64,000 nucleotides of DNA from Vulcanimicrobiota bacterium (lineage in GTDB: Bacteria > Vulcanimicrobiota > Xenobia > Xenobiales > JADMJV01). Shown piece after piece: positions 55,127 to 63,808 of the stretch; position 1 is the first letter of the stretch, and every line of letters starts with the position of its first letter. The notes beneath the pieces are model-generated. The model made no database searches. It was given only the letters and a program-made list of their open reading frames with translations, and was not told where the DNA came from. Made by a program: the position numbers and the translations under genes. Location of the stretch: the NCBI GenBank assembly GCA_050250895.1, contig JBFWNU010000009.1, positions 1 through 64,000 of the forward strand. The letters run 5' to 3'.

Positions 55127-55763
55127 CGCCCTTCTTCTTGAGATAGGCTTTCACTTTCTCATCCTCGGCCATGGCCAGGGGGGTCTTGTCGCTAAACCCT
55201 TTGGCGTTGATGTCGCCGCCTTTGGCCACCAGTAGCTTGAGAATCGCGAGATCGCCTTTGTCGGCGGCTTTGTGAACCGGCGTGTTCTTCATGGCGTCAC
55301 GCGCTTTGAGGTCGGCGCCCTTGTCGAGCAGGATCTTGACGCACTCGACCTTGCCCCCGAAAATTGCCCCGTGGAGTGGAGTGCCGCCGATATTGCCCTT
55401 GCTGTTGACGTCGGCGCCTTTGGAGATCAGGTATTTGACGATCTCGGGATGACCCATGAAAGCGGCGCTATGCAGCGGGGTGTCGTCGCAAAAGCCGTGG
55501 GATTCGAGGTCAGAACCTTTACTGACCAGCCACTTGACCAGGTCGAACTTGCCCCAAAAGGCCGCGCGGTTGAGCAGGGTGCACTTGTCGCTGGTCCCTT
55601 CCTGGCCGCGCATTTTGATCAGCTTGGGATCTTTGCTCACGGCCGCCTTCACGACCTCGACATCGCCTTTCATGATGGCGTTGTCGAGCTCGTCGACCTG
55701 GTTGGCCAGAACCGGTGAGCCTAGAAGGACAATAAGAAAAAAGAGAACGGAAAACTTGGACAT
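55119..55763 (-). CDS. Secreted ankyrin-repeat protein
   Basis: Signal peptide MSKFSVLFFLIVLLGSPVLA; TPLHxAA...LISKGADVN repeats. Confidence 0.92.
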   Translation of the reverse strand: MSKFSVLFFLIVLLGSPVLANQVDELDNAIMKGDVEVVKAAVSKDPKLIKMRGQEGTSDKCTLLNRAAFWGKFDLVKWLVSKGSDLESHGFCDDTPLHSAAFMGHPEIVKYLISKGADVNSKGNIGGTPLHGAIFGGKVECVKILLDKGADLKARDAMKNTPVHKAADKGDLAILKLLVAKGGDINAKGFSDKTPLAMAEDEKVKAYLKKKGAK

Positions 55764-55815
55764 GCCAGGCCTTTCTGGAGAACCTACCGCCAGACCTTCC
55801 CTCTCTATAAGCCGC

Positions 55816-57342
55816 TCAGGAAGCGACGATCGAGGTGTTGCCCACCCAGAGCAGTTCATCGTCGACCTCGAGCGTGGGGGCGGCCGGCCCCAGTAGCGGG
55901 GTGACCTGACCCGACGCGACCCGACCCCCAGCCCTGGCCACGAACGCCTCGACCGCTGCCGAGGGGTTGGGATGAGCGGCCAGTTGGGTCAGATAGAGGC
56001 CAGCCAGACCGATCTGATCGGCCAGCACCGAGGCCCGGGCCAGCTTGAGCAGGTCCTCGGGCTCGACAGCAGGCGTGCCCAGCCAGTCGCGATAGAGTCC
56101 CGTGGCCAGATGGCGTTGGTCCTGGGGTAGGCTGGCCAGCAGCTCTTCCAGGCAGTGGCCGCGGGGCTCGTCGATGCGGGTCAAGGCCGTCGCCTCGCCG
56201 GCCAACTCGAGCGAGCCGCCCAGCTCATACAGGCGATCGAACCGCGGGTCGGGGGTGGCCTGAGGGGAAAGGCTGGCCAGCAATTGCGAAGCTCGCGATA
56301 GATCGCCGAGGTGGGGTTTGACCACTGCCAAGCGCCGAGCCAGATCGGGCAAGCTATGGCTGGCCAGCGCGATTTGGCGGGCGAGAGCGCTGGCTTCCTC
56401 GGCCGCCTTCGGGCTCTGCAATTCGCAGCGCCTGCGATAGATGCTGGCAAAGACCTCGATCTGGGGGGCCGGCGGCTTGTGGGGCACCAGGGCTCGGCTG
56501 GCCGCGCATTCTCGGGCCGGATCAGGCTTGAGATCGCCCAGAAACCGGCGATAGCTGGCGCTGAACTGGTCATAGTAGCCGCCCATGTCAGGTAGCTCGG
56601 CCAGGCGCTCACGATCGAGCCAGAGGACCGGTTGCTCCGGGCGAGCACAGGGCGTCTCGAAGCGGTCGCTCCAATAGCCGGCTTCAAGCCACTGCATCGA
56701 GGGTCCGGCCGGGTGGTTGCGATAGGGGAAATCGTCGATGCGATGGGGATTCCAGGGGGGAATCACGGCCAGGCCGGCCTGCTGGCGTCGGGCCAGGGTG
56801 GCGGCCCGCTCGGGATGAGTGAAGGGATAGGGGCGTCCGCTGCCCTCGAGAAAATCTTTGAGCAACAGGCTCTCGCCCCGCGACTGGGGGTCGTGGGTGT
56901 AGGGCTCGTCTTTCATTCCGCGAAAGACGTAGAGGTAATTGGCCAGGCCGCGCTCGAGCTGGCCGCCCGCTTTTAGCGAGGCGACGGCGGCCACTACCGG
57001 GTCGTCCTGACGGGTGAGGTAGTGGTGGACTCGAGCCGGGTCCTCCAGACTGGTCATGGTGCCGCTGTCGCCATTGGCCAGCTTGAGTCCAACCCGCTCA
57101 CCGTCGGCCAGCCACTGGTGGGCTTTCTCGGCGGTCAGTTCGACGGCCGCCACGCGAGGGTGACTCTGACCCCAGAACTGGCCGCCCTCGGCGGCGAAGC
57201 GAGCCAGCCAGCGGCCGGCCGAGGCGGTGGAGGGCGCCTCGCTAGCCGGGGCAACCGACAACGAAACCCGATCGAGGGCCTCACTGTTGGCTCGCCGCCC
57301 GGGCAGCCGCGTGGGGGTGACTCTGTGGACAGACTGGATCAC
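55816..57342 (-). CDS. Hypothetical protein (508 aa)
   Basis: Long ORF with a polar N-terminus MIQSVHRVTP..DRVSLS; no recognisable domain. Confidence 0.7.
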   Translation of the reverse strand: MIQSVHRVTPTRLPGRRANSEALDRVSLSVAPASEAPSTASAGRWLARFAAEGGQFWGQSHPRVAAVELTAEKAHQWLADGERVGLKLANGDSGTMTSLEDPARVHHYLTRQDDPVVAAVASLKAGGQLERGLANYLYVFRGMKDEPYTHDPQSRGESLLLKDFLEGSGRPYPFTHPERAATLARRQQAGLAVIPPWNPHRIDDFPYRNHPAGPSMQWLEAGYWSDRFETPCARPEQPVLWLDRERLAELPDMGGYYDQFSASYRRFLGDLKPDPARECAASRALVPHKPPAPQIEVFASIYRRRCELQSPKAAEEASALARQIALASHSLPDLARRLAVVKPHLGDLSRASQLLASLSPQATPDPRFDRLYELGGSLELAGEATALTRIDEPRGHCLEELLASLPQDQRHLATGLYRDWLGTPAVEPEDLLKLARASVLADQIGLAGLYLTQLAAHPNPSAAVEAFVARAGGRVASGQVTPLLGPAAPTLEVDDELLWVGNTSIVAS

Positions 57343-57349
57343 GTTATCC

Positions 57350-57381
57350 AGTCTGGGGCTAGAGCGTCAAGAAAGCGTCAA
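57350..57381 (-). promoter_or_regulatory. Direct-repeat box promoter (class N10), leaderless-type start
   Basis: Minus strand reads TTGAC-GCTTTC-TTGAC-N10-CAGACT-N7-GTG. Confidence 0.45.
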
Positions 57382-58377
57382 GCGCAAGCGGCAGGTCTCG
57401 AGAAAGTCGAGCACCTGGGGGTGGATGCGGTTGGGCGGATCGGGCTCGACCGGCTCGCCCATCCAGGCCTCGAGGGTGGCCACCACCGACTGGGCCAGAG
57501 CGGCCGTGTTATAGCCGCCTTCGAGCAGACCCACGAGCTTGCCCTGGGCGGGCACGGCCAGGCTGTCATGGAGGATGCGTTGGGCCAATTGGCGGAAGCC
57601 CTCGGTGGTCAGCCGCATGCCTCCCAGGGGGTCGCGCCCGTGGGCGTCGTAGCCGGCCGAAACCAGGATCAGGTCGGGTTGATAGGCGCGAATGGCCGGA
57701 CTGACCATGAGGTCATAGGCGTGCAGATACTCGGCGTCGGCACAGCCGGCCGGCAGGGGCAGATTGTAGTTGAGCCCCTCGCCGGGGCCGGCGCCCCGTT
57801 CTTCGATAGCCCCGGTGCCGGGATAGAACGGGCTTTGATGAAAGGAGAAGAAACAGGTGTCTGGGTCTTCATAGAGGCAGTCCTGGGTGCCGTTGCCATG
57901 GTGGACGTCCCAGTCGAAGATGAAGATGCGCGGGGCCAGGTCGCGACAGGCTCGCGCCACCAGCGCGATGTTGCTAAACAGGCAAAAGCCCATCGATTGG
58001 CGAGGAGTGGCGTGATGGCCGGGGGGGCGAAGACAGGCAAAGCCGCGGTCGAGTTCGCCTTTGGCCACGGCCCGGGCCAGGTCGATGGCCCCGCCCAGAC
58101 CTTCGCGGGCCACCTCGACCGATTGGGGCGACACCATCGTGTCGGGGTCGAGCCAGCCGCCGCCAGCGGCTGCCGTCTGCTCGGCCTTCTCCAGCACCGA
58201 GGGGTGATGCAGACTGAGGATCTCGTCGTCGGTGGCCCGGCGTAGCGGCCTCTGCTCGACCGCTAGAGCGGCCGACGCGAGGGCCTCGAGAAGGGCCTGA
58301 TTCCGTCGCGGACTCTCGACATGGTCGGCCGTGTCGTGTTCGCCAAAGCGAGCTGAAGCCAGCAGGCCAAACTTCAA
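57367..58377 (-). CDS. Histone deacetylase family (AcuC/AphA-like) deacetylase
   Basis: HVESPRR, RPPGHH, GFC, DWDVHHGNGTQ, SAGYD and LEGGY motifs; TTG start overlapping the upstream stop. Confidence 0.95.
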   Translation of the reverse strand: MKFGLLASARFGEHDTADHVESPRRNQALLEALASAALAVEQRPLRRATDDEILSLHHPSVLEKAEQTAAAGGGWLDPDTMVSPQSVEVAREGLGGAIDLARAVAKGELDRGFACLRPPGHHATPRQSMGFCLFSNIALVARACRDLAPRIFIFDWDVHHGNGTQDCLYEDPDTCFFSFHQSPFYPGTGAIEERGAGPGEGLNYNLPLPAGCADAEYLHAYDLMVSPAIRAYQPDLILVSAGYDAHGRDPLGGMRLTTEGFRQLAQRILHDSLAVPAQGKLVGLLEGGYNTAALAQSVVATLEAWMGEPVEPDPPNRIHPQVLDFLETCRLRLTLS

Positions 58378-58850
58378 GCCGCGCAACCTTTGACCTGAGC
58401 TGACCACAGGTCCAGCCCCGACCGAACCACTTCTTGCAGCTTCTCGAGTTCGCTGCTGGTGAACTCGGCCTCAGAAGCCACCACTCCCTCGAACCCACAA
58501 GCCCAGAACAGTTCTTCGTGCAGGTCGAGATACGAATCGTCATAGCCGATAAACTCGAGGTCGAGGGACCGGCAGGCGTCACCGAAGAGGTTCCAGGCTC
58601 GATAGAGCAGAGGACAGTCGAGGGGTTCGGGCTTTTCGCAAAACCGGGCCAGCGCGTCGAGGTCGAGGGGCTCGAGGTCATCACCCAGGGCCCAGCCCCG
58701 CGACCCGGCGAAGGTCTCGGCCTGCTCGCGGGCGGGAAAGGTTTTCAGTTGCTTCTTCCGGTCGACCACCACTCCGTCGAAATCGTTGGTGTAGTGAATG
58801 AGGAAGGCCTCGATGCTACCAACCACGACCGGCAACAAACGATAGTCCAT
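58374..58850 (-). CDS. Hypothetical protein
   Basis: GC3-biased ORF translationally coupled to the deacetylase. Confidence 0.7.
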   Translation of the reverse strand: MDYRLLPVVVGSIEAFLIHYTNDFDGVVVDRKKQLKTFPAREQAETFAGSRGWALGDDLEPLDLDALARFCEKPEPLDCPLLYRAWNLFGDACRSLDLEFIGYDDSYLDLHEELFWACGFEGVVASEAEFTSSELEKLQEVVRSGLDLWSAQVKGCAA

Positions 58851-58947
58851 GCCGGGCCATTCTCAAATCGAAGGCTCAACGCCTGCCTGGGAGCCTTGGA
58901 GGGGATCGAGAAAGGGTCTGAGAAACTCGCCAACCGAGGCGAGGTTC

Positions 58948-59373
58948 ATGACAACAATGCGTAACAATCGAATTCTACTCTGTCTGTTGGCGGTGCTCTG
59001 GCTGGCTCTGCCGGCCCTGGCTCAAGACAAGCAGCCGCAAAAAGTCAAGACCATGGTCGACTTCAAGAAAGAGCTGAACCTGAGCGACCAGCAGATCGCC
59101 AACATTACCAGCACTCTCAAGAACTTCCAAGAAAACGTGGTGGCTCAGAAGAAAGTCCTGGTAGCCCAGGAGACCGACCTGAGAAAGCTGCTGGCCGACC
59201 ACGCCAGTCTCGCCGACATCAAGAAGAAACTGCACGAGATCGAGGGCACCCGTTTCGAGTTGCGCTACCTCGATGTGGTCACCTCGCGCCAGGTCGAAGA
59301 CATTCTCTCAGCCGAGCAGCTGACCGCCTGGCGCCAGATCCAGACTAAGCTCAGAGCCGAAGCCAAGAAATAA
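58948..59373 (+). CDS. Periplasmic Spy/CpxP-like helical protein
   Basis: Signal peptide; ELNLSDQQ and ILSAEQ (LTxxQ-like) motifs. Confidence 0.8.
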   Translation: MTTMRNNRILLCLLAVLWLALPALAQDKQPQKVKTMVDFKKELNLSDQQIANITSTLKNFQENVVAQKKVLVAQETDLRKLLADHASLADIKKKLHEIEGTRFELRYLDVVTSRQVEDILSAEQLTAWRQIQTKLRAEAKK

Positions 59374-59377
59374 ACTC

Positions 59378-59815
59378 TCAGAAACCGGCCAGCCGCAGGC
59401 TCCAGACCAGGAGCACGCCGGTGATGGTATTGCCCGAGGCGAACACCAAAAAACGCCAGGGCTGCAGGCTCTTGACCAGGCAAAAGGTGTGCAGGCTGCG
59501 GCACAGGCAATAGCCGATCAAGAGCCAGCGAAAAGCCTCGAGGGGAACGCCCGACAGCAGCGCGCAGACGGCCGCCACCAGGAAGATCGGGATGTTCTCG
59601 ACATCGTTGCGCCAGGCCGCCGTGGCTCGGTAGTGCAGGTCTTCGTAGTGGGATCGCTCCTGGTCCTTGGGACCGCCGAAGAACGCCTGGTCCTCAGGGT
59701 AGACGAAGCCCACGCCCTTGGCCCTGGCATAGCCCTGCAAGACCGAATTGACCTGCATCTTGAGAAACAGGAAGGCGGCCGCCGCCGAAAGGATGCAAAC
59801 AGCTTCTGGATTCAT
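59378..59815 (-). CDS. MAPEG family membrane protein
   Basis: AWRNDVENIPIF and RSLHT motifs; four TM segments. Confidence 0.88.
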   Translation of the reverse strand: MNPEAVCILSAAAAFLFLKMQVNSVLQGYARAKGVGFVYPEDQAFFGGPKDQERSHYEDLHYRATAAWRNDVENIPIFLVAAVCALLSGVPLEAFRWLLIGYCLCRSLHTFCLVKSLQPWRFLVFASGNTITGVLLVWSLRLAGF

Positions 59816-59823
59816 CGCTAGCC

Positions 59824-60711
59824 TCAGATCTCGGTGTGAGTGAGGGCGTACTCAAACACTTCGTCCGGGCCGACTTCTCGCTCGAGCTCGAGAAAGCGGT
59901 TGAGTCCGTCCACATAGTCGCTGTCCTTCTTGGTCAGCATCGCCTTCACCTCGAGTCGGCGACCCTGTCCCTCGGCCACATGATAAGCGACCCATTCGGC
60001 AAAGCCTTCTTGCATGCGCCGGCTCACCCGGTCGTATTGGGGGTGGCTCTGGCTGTGCCACATGTGGGCATACTCGTGGGCCGCCACGGTCAGCAGTCGC
60101 TGGCGGGGTAGGCCCGAGAGCAAGAACACGGTGGCAGCTTCCACCTGCCGTTGCCGGGTGGGAATCCTGGTCAGCCCCAGAGGAGCGCGCCCATCCCTGG
60201 TCGGACCGCCGGCCAGTTTGATCATCTCGCGACCATCCACCAGCCTCACCTCGGCCGGGGGCAGCCGCACGTCCAGGCGTTGGCCGAACGTCTCTAGCAC
60301 CTCTTCCGAGGCCTGGCGAAAGATCCGGCTGGCCTCGCTCTGGTCATAGATCCCGGCCCGATGTTCCCGGCAGAAGTAGCGGCCGTCAGGCAGACTCTTG
60401 CCCTTGCGGTCCACCGGCAACCCGCATACGTCACAGTGGGGATAGAGGGCGTAGCAACTCTCGCAGACGGGCACCTCCTCGGGGCCGACCACTCGATAGT
60501 CTCCCGGGATCGGCCGGTGGCAGGCGAAGCAGTGGGGCAGGGCCTGCTCAAGATGGTCCTTACAGACCGCCGAGCCGTCGCGCAGGCGATAACCGTTGGT
60601 GACCGGCTCTCCGCAGACCTTACAGCGCGGGGCCGTCCCCGTTTGCGCTAGAGTCGGGGTCAGCAACCCCAGCACGACCAGCACCCAAAGCCAGCCCCTC
60701 GTGGCACCCAT
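59824..60711 (-). CDS. Secreted LIM-like zinc-finger plus DA1-like metallopeptidase
   Basis: Signal peptide; three CxxC...CxxH/C units; LSGLPR...AAHEYAHMW...EGFAE. Confidence 0.82.
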   Translation of the reverse strand: MGATRGWLWVLVVLGLLTPTLAQTGTAPRCKVCGEPVTNGYRLRDGSAVCKDHLEQALPHCFACHRPIPGDYRVVGPEEVPVCESCYALYPHCDVCGLPVDRKGKSLPDGRYFCREHRAGIYDQSEASRIFRQASEEVLETFGQRLDVRLPPAEVRLVDGREMIKLAGGPTRDGRAPLGLTRIPTRQRQVEAATVFLLSGLPRQRLLTVAAHEYAHMWHSQSHPQYDRVSRRMQEGFAEWVAYHVAEGQGRRLEVKAMLTKKDSDYVDGLNRFLELEREVGPDEVFEYALTHTEI

Positions 60712-60809
60712 GACTCCATGACTATACCACAGACGGCCGATTATGTTCCGGTGCGCAAAGTTTACAACCGGTCAGCCACGACCGGGGCGGGATCGGCAAG
60801 GGTGTGGGG

Positions 60810-61844
60810 GTGAATACGCTCCATCTACACCTGCCCACCCAGGGCACGACCCGCGGACGGGAACTGGCCCAGAGCCTGCTCATCGAGAGCGGCCTGGCGA
60901 CCGAGGCCAAAGCCCAGCTCATCGAGGATTTGGCCGCCGTGCCCGAACCGTGGCTGGAACGGCTGAGCCAGGCCGATGTGGATGTCGTGGTGTTGGCGAG
61001 CGAGCAGACCCTGGCCGACACGGGGATGCTGCTTAAATACGAGCCTGAAGAGCTAAGAGCAGGAGTGGAGAAGGCCCGCCCGCTGATCCGGCAGGCCATC
61101 GAGCAGGCCGCTCCCGACCTGGAGACGGCCGATCCCGGCTATGCAGCCTATCTGCGCCACTGGGCCGCCAGGGAGATGGCCGAGAATCTGTCCGGTTCGC
61201 TGGTGGGGGCCGGTCTGGGTTTCCTGGTGCGGCAGACCTCTGACCCCGTGAGCTGGCAGTTTCTGGCCGAGGAGGCTGGAGTCGAAGGTGAAGAGCGCGA
61301 CCGTTTCGAGCAACTCACCCGCGAACTCAATGGGGACCTGGTCAAATTCGAAGGCGACCAACTGCAGCCCGAGTGGGGAGTGGTGCTGGTCCCCTATCAC
61401 CTGCGCCAGGGCCAGAGAGTTTCACCGGTCAACAAAGCCAGCCTCGAGACCCAGAAGGGGTTCGAACTCTTCGCCAGCAAGGGCGCCCACATCTGGGAGA
61501 ATAAGCTGATCATGCTGCATGACTCGGTCGTCGCCGATCCTTCGTTGACGGCCGGCAATCACCGGGTGGCCCTCCATGAAATCGGCCACGCCATCGACCA
61601 TCTAGCCGAAGAACTCTACCCCGCTCATCGCCCAACGATGGACGCCCTCTATCAGGCCGACTTGAAAAACTCCAATTTTTTGACCTCCCGCGCGGCCGAC
61701 AATCCGGGCGAATACCTGGCCGAAGCGGTGGAGGCCTACCTGACTCAGCCGGGCCAGGGCTATAAAGCCGAGAACCACCACGACGCCCTCAAGCAACACA
61801 ACCCTGAGCTGTTCGCCTATGTCGACGAGCTTTTGCGCCGCTGA
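60810..61844 (+). CDS. Anthrax lethal factor/PPEP-like zincin metallopeptidase
   Basis: LAAVPEPWLERL, VALHEIGHAIDH, GEYLAEAVEAY and LKQHNPELFAYV motifs; no Sec signal. Confidence 0.8.
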   Translation: MNTLHLHLPTQGTTRGRELAQSLLIESGLATEAKAQLIEDLAAVPEPWLERLSQADVDVVVLASEQTLADTGMLLKYEPEELRAGVEKARPLIRQAIEQAAPDLETADPGYAAYLRHWAAREMAENLSGSLVGAGLGFLVRQTSDPVSWQFLAEEAGVEGEERDRFEQLTRELNGDLVKFEGDQLQPEWGVVLVPYHLRQGQRVSPVNKASLETQKGFELFASKGAHIWENKLIMLHDSVVADPSLTAGNHRVALHEIGHAIDHLAEELYPAHRPTMDALYQADLKNSNFLTSRAADNPGEYLAEAVEAYLTQPGQGYKAENHHDALKQHNPELFAYVDELLRR

Positions 61845-62896
61845 CCCCGATACCACAGGATGAAACCGGTCACCGGCAAGCTGGCTCCGATCAGGGCCAC
61901 CACCAACCACAGCAGCTGATGTAGCAGACCAAAAGCCATCCCCGTATGCAAGGCGAAGTTCCAGGTGCGCAGATAGCTATCCACCCCGGTTCGCTCGAGC
62001 GCGTTCTCTGAGGCCAGCACCTGCCCCGAGAACTGGTCCACATAGACGAAGCTGCGAGGCACCGGGCCGGGTTGCCCCGGGTGGCGCAGAGCCACCTGAA
62101 AGGTATCGGCCGGCTTGCGCGGCAGATTGACGGCCAGTACTTGAGCCTGGGGAAACACCGCCTGGGCCTGGGCGATGGCCTGGTCCAGACGAATCGGCTC
62201 GGACCCCGGTCCGCTCGCCGGTCTTGGGGCCGGCTGACGGCCGGCCAGCCGATAGAGCCAGTGCTCGAGGCGGTCCTCCAAGGGCGACATCAGCAGGCCG
62301 CTGCAGCCCAGGAACGTTACAAACAGCAGCCCATAGACTCCCAGCGTGCGGTGCAGGTCGTAGAGCAGGCGAGATCGGGTCTTGCGCGAGATGGTAATGG
62401 CTTGCTTCCAGTCCCGCCACTTGCGAGGCAAGGCCAGTAACAATCCGCTCCATTGACTGGTTAAAAACAGCAAAGCCCCCAGGGTCGTGATATAGCGCCC
62501 TGTCTCACCCAACAGGAGGCGACGATGAAAGTTGATCAGGCCCGAAACCAATTCAGACCCCTCCCCCACCGACCGCCCCGTGGCTGCGTCGACGTAGAGA
62601 TGGCGGCGGTTGGTCCCCTGTTGCAGGCGAACCTTGAAGTTCTGGCCGGGGTGCTCGGGCAGATAGAACCTGGTCGGCAGTTCACCCTCCCGCAGCTGGC
62701 TGCAGGCTCCGTCGAGGGCGAGCTGAGGAGTCACCGACACCTCGGCGCTGGCCCGGCGCAAGTCCCGGTCGAGCCACTCCTCGAGCTGCATGTGGAAGGC
62801 CAGCAGCACCCCCGAGGTGCAGACCAGCAGGATAATCAGCCCCCCCGCCAGGCCGAGCCAGCGATGGACGACCCTGCAATAGGCTTTGAACTTCAC
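61817..62896 (-). CDS. PepSY-associated TM helix domain protein
   Basis: HRWLGL, FHRRLL, LHRTLG, YVDQFSG and LHTG conserved His motifs. Confidence 0.9.
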   Translation of the reverse strand: MKFKAYCRVVHRWLGLAGGLIILLVCTSGVLLAFHMQLEEWLDRDLRRASAEVSVTPQLALDGACSQLREGELPTRFYLPEHPGQNFKVRLQQGTNRRHLYVDAATGRSVGEGSELVSGLINFHRRLLLGETGRYITTLGALLFLTSQWSGLLLALPRKWRDWKQAITISRKTRSRLLYDLHRTLGVYGLLFVTFLGCSGLLMSPLEDRLEHWLYRLAGRQPAPRPASGPGSEPIRLDQAIAQAQAVFPQAQVLAVNLPRKPADTFQVALRHPGQPGPVPRSFVYVDQFSGQVLASENALERTGVDSYLRTWNFALHTGMAFGLLHQLLWLVVALIGASLPVTGFILWYRGQRRKSSST

Positions 62897-62968
62897 GGCC
62901 CGGCCGTTCGGCGTCGGAACCTTGGCGCCTTCCAGGACTGGTCGCCGTTCGTTGCGAAAATTCCTCAA

Positions 62969-63808
62969 ATGAAGCGCCTGGCTGCCACATTGCTGCTCTG
63001 GCTGGTCCTGCTGGTGCCGGCTCTGGCCGAAGATTCGCCCTACGTGCGAGTGGTGCGCGACCCTCGCGGTAACGCCCGCAGCCTGCAGACCTCGATCACC
63101 AGCATGGTCGATCCGCAAGGCCGCCAGCTCGATCTGGTGGCCACCACCCACCTGGCCGAACGCGGCTACTACGAACGCCTAAACCGCCAGTTCCAGGCTT
63201 ACGACGCGGTGCTCTACGAACTGATCAGCGACACGCCTCAACAAGACCTCCCAGCTCACCTGTCCGAAACGGCCAGCGACCCTCTCTCGGCTACCCAGCA
63301 GGGCCTGGCCAATCTCTTAGGCTTGGACTTTCAACTCCGGCACATCGACTACACGGCCCCCAACTTCGTGCACGCCGACCTGACTTTCAGCGAATTTCAA
63401 CAGGCCATGGTGGCCGGCAACGAATCGGTGGCCACCATTCTGGCCCGGCTGATTAACTCCAGCGTCAACGAGGTGGAAGACCCAAAGGAACTCGAAGCCC
63501 TTTCGCAGATCAATCTCTTGAAAATCCTGACCGTCGGTCCCTCGGCCGCCGACCAGCGGCTGCTGCGTCAGGCTCTGGCTTCGACTTTCGCCCAGATGGA
63601 CCGCACCATCAGCGCATTGGGGGGCACGGCCCTGCTCGACGGCCGCAACCAGCGAGCCCTCGAGGTACTCGACCGGCGTCTCGAGGCGGGCGATCGCAAG
63701 CTGGCCCTGTTCTATGGCGCCGCTCACATGCCCGACCTCGAATCGCGCCTGCACCAGGCCGGCTGGAAAACCGGCCGACGCAGCTGGCTGACCGCCTGGA
63801 ACCTATAG
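62969..63808 (+). CDS. Secreted hypothetical protein (TraB/GumN-like possible)
   Basis: Signal peptide; VLYE, HADL, RN and YGAAHM motifs. Confidence 0.7.
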   Translation: MKRLAATLLLWLVLLVPALAEDSPYVRVVRDPRGNARSLQTSITSMVDPQGRQLDLVATTHLAERGYYERLNRQFQAYDAVLYELISDTPQQDLPAHLSETASDPLSATQQGLANLLGLDFQLRHIDYTAPNFVHADLTFSEFQQAMVAGNESVATILARLINSSVNEVEDPKELEALSQINLLKILTVGPSAADQRLLRQALASTFAQMDRTISALGGTALLDGRNQRALEVLDRRLEAGDRKLALFYGAAHMPDLESRLHQAGWKTGRRSWLTAWNL

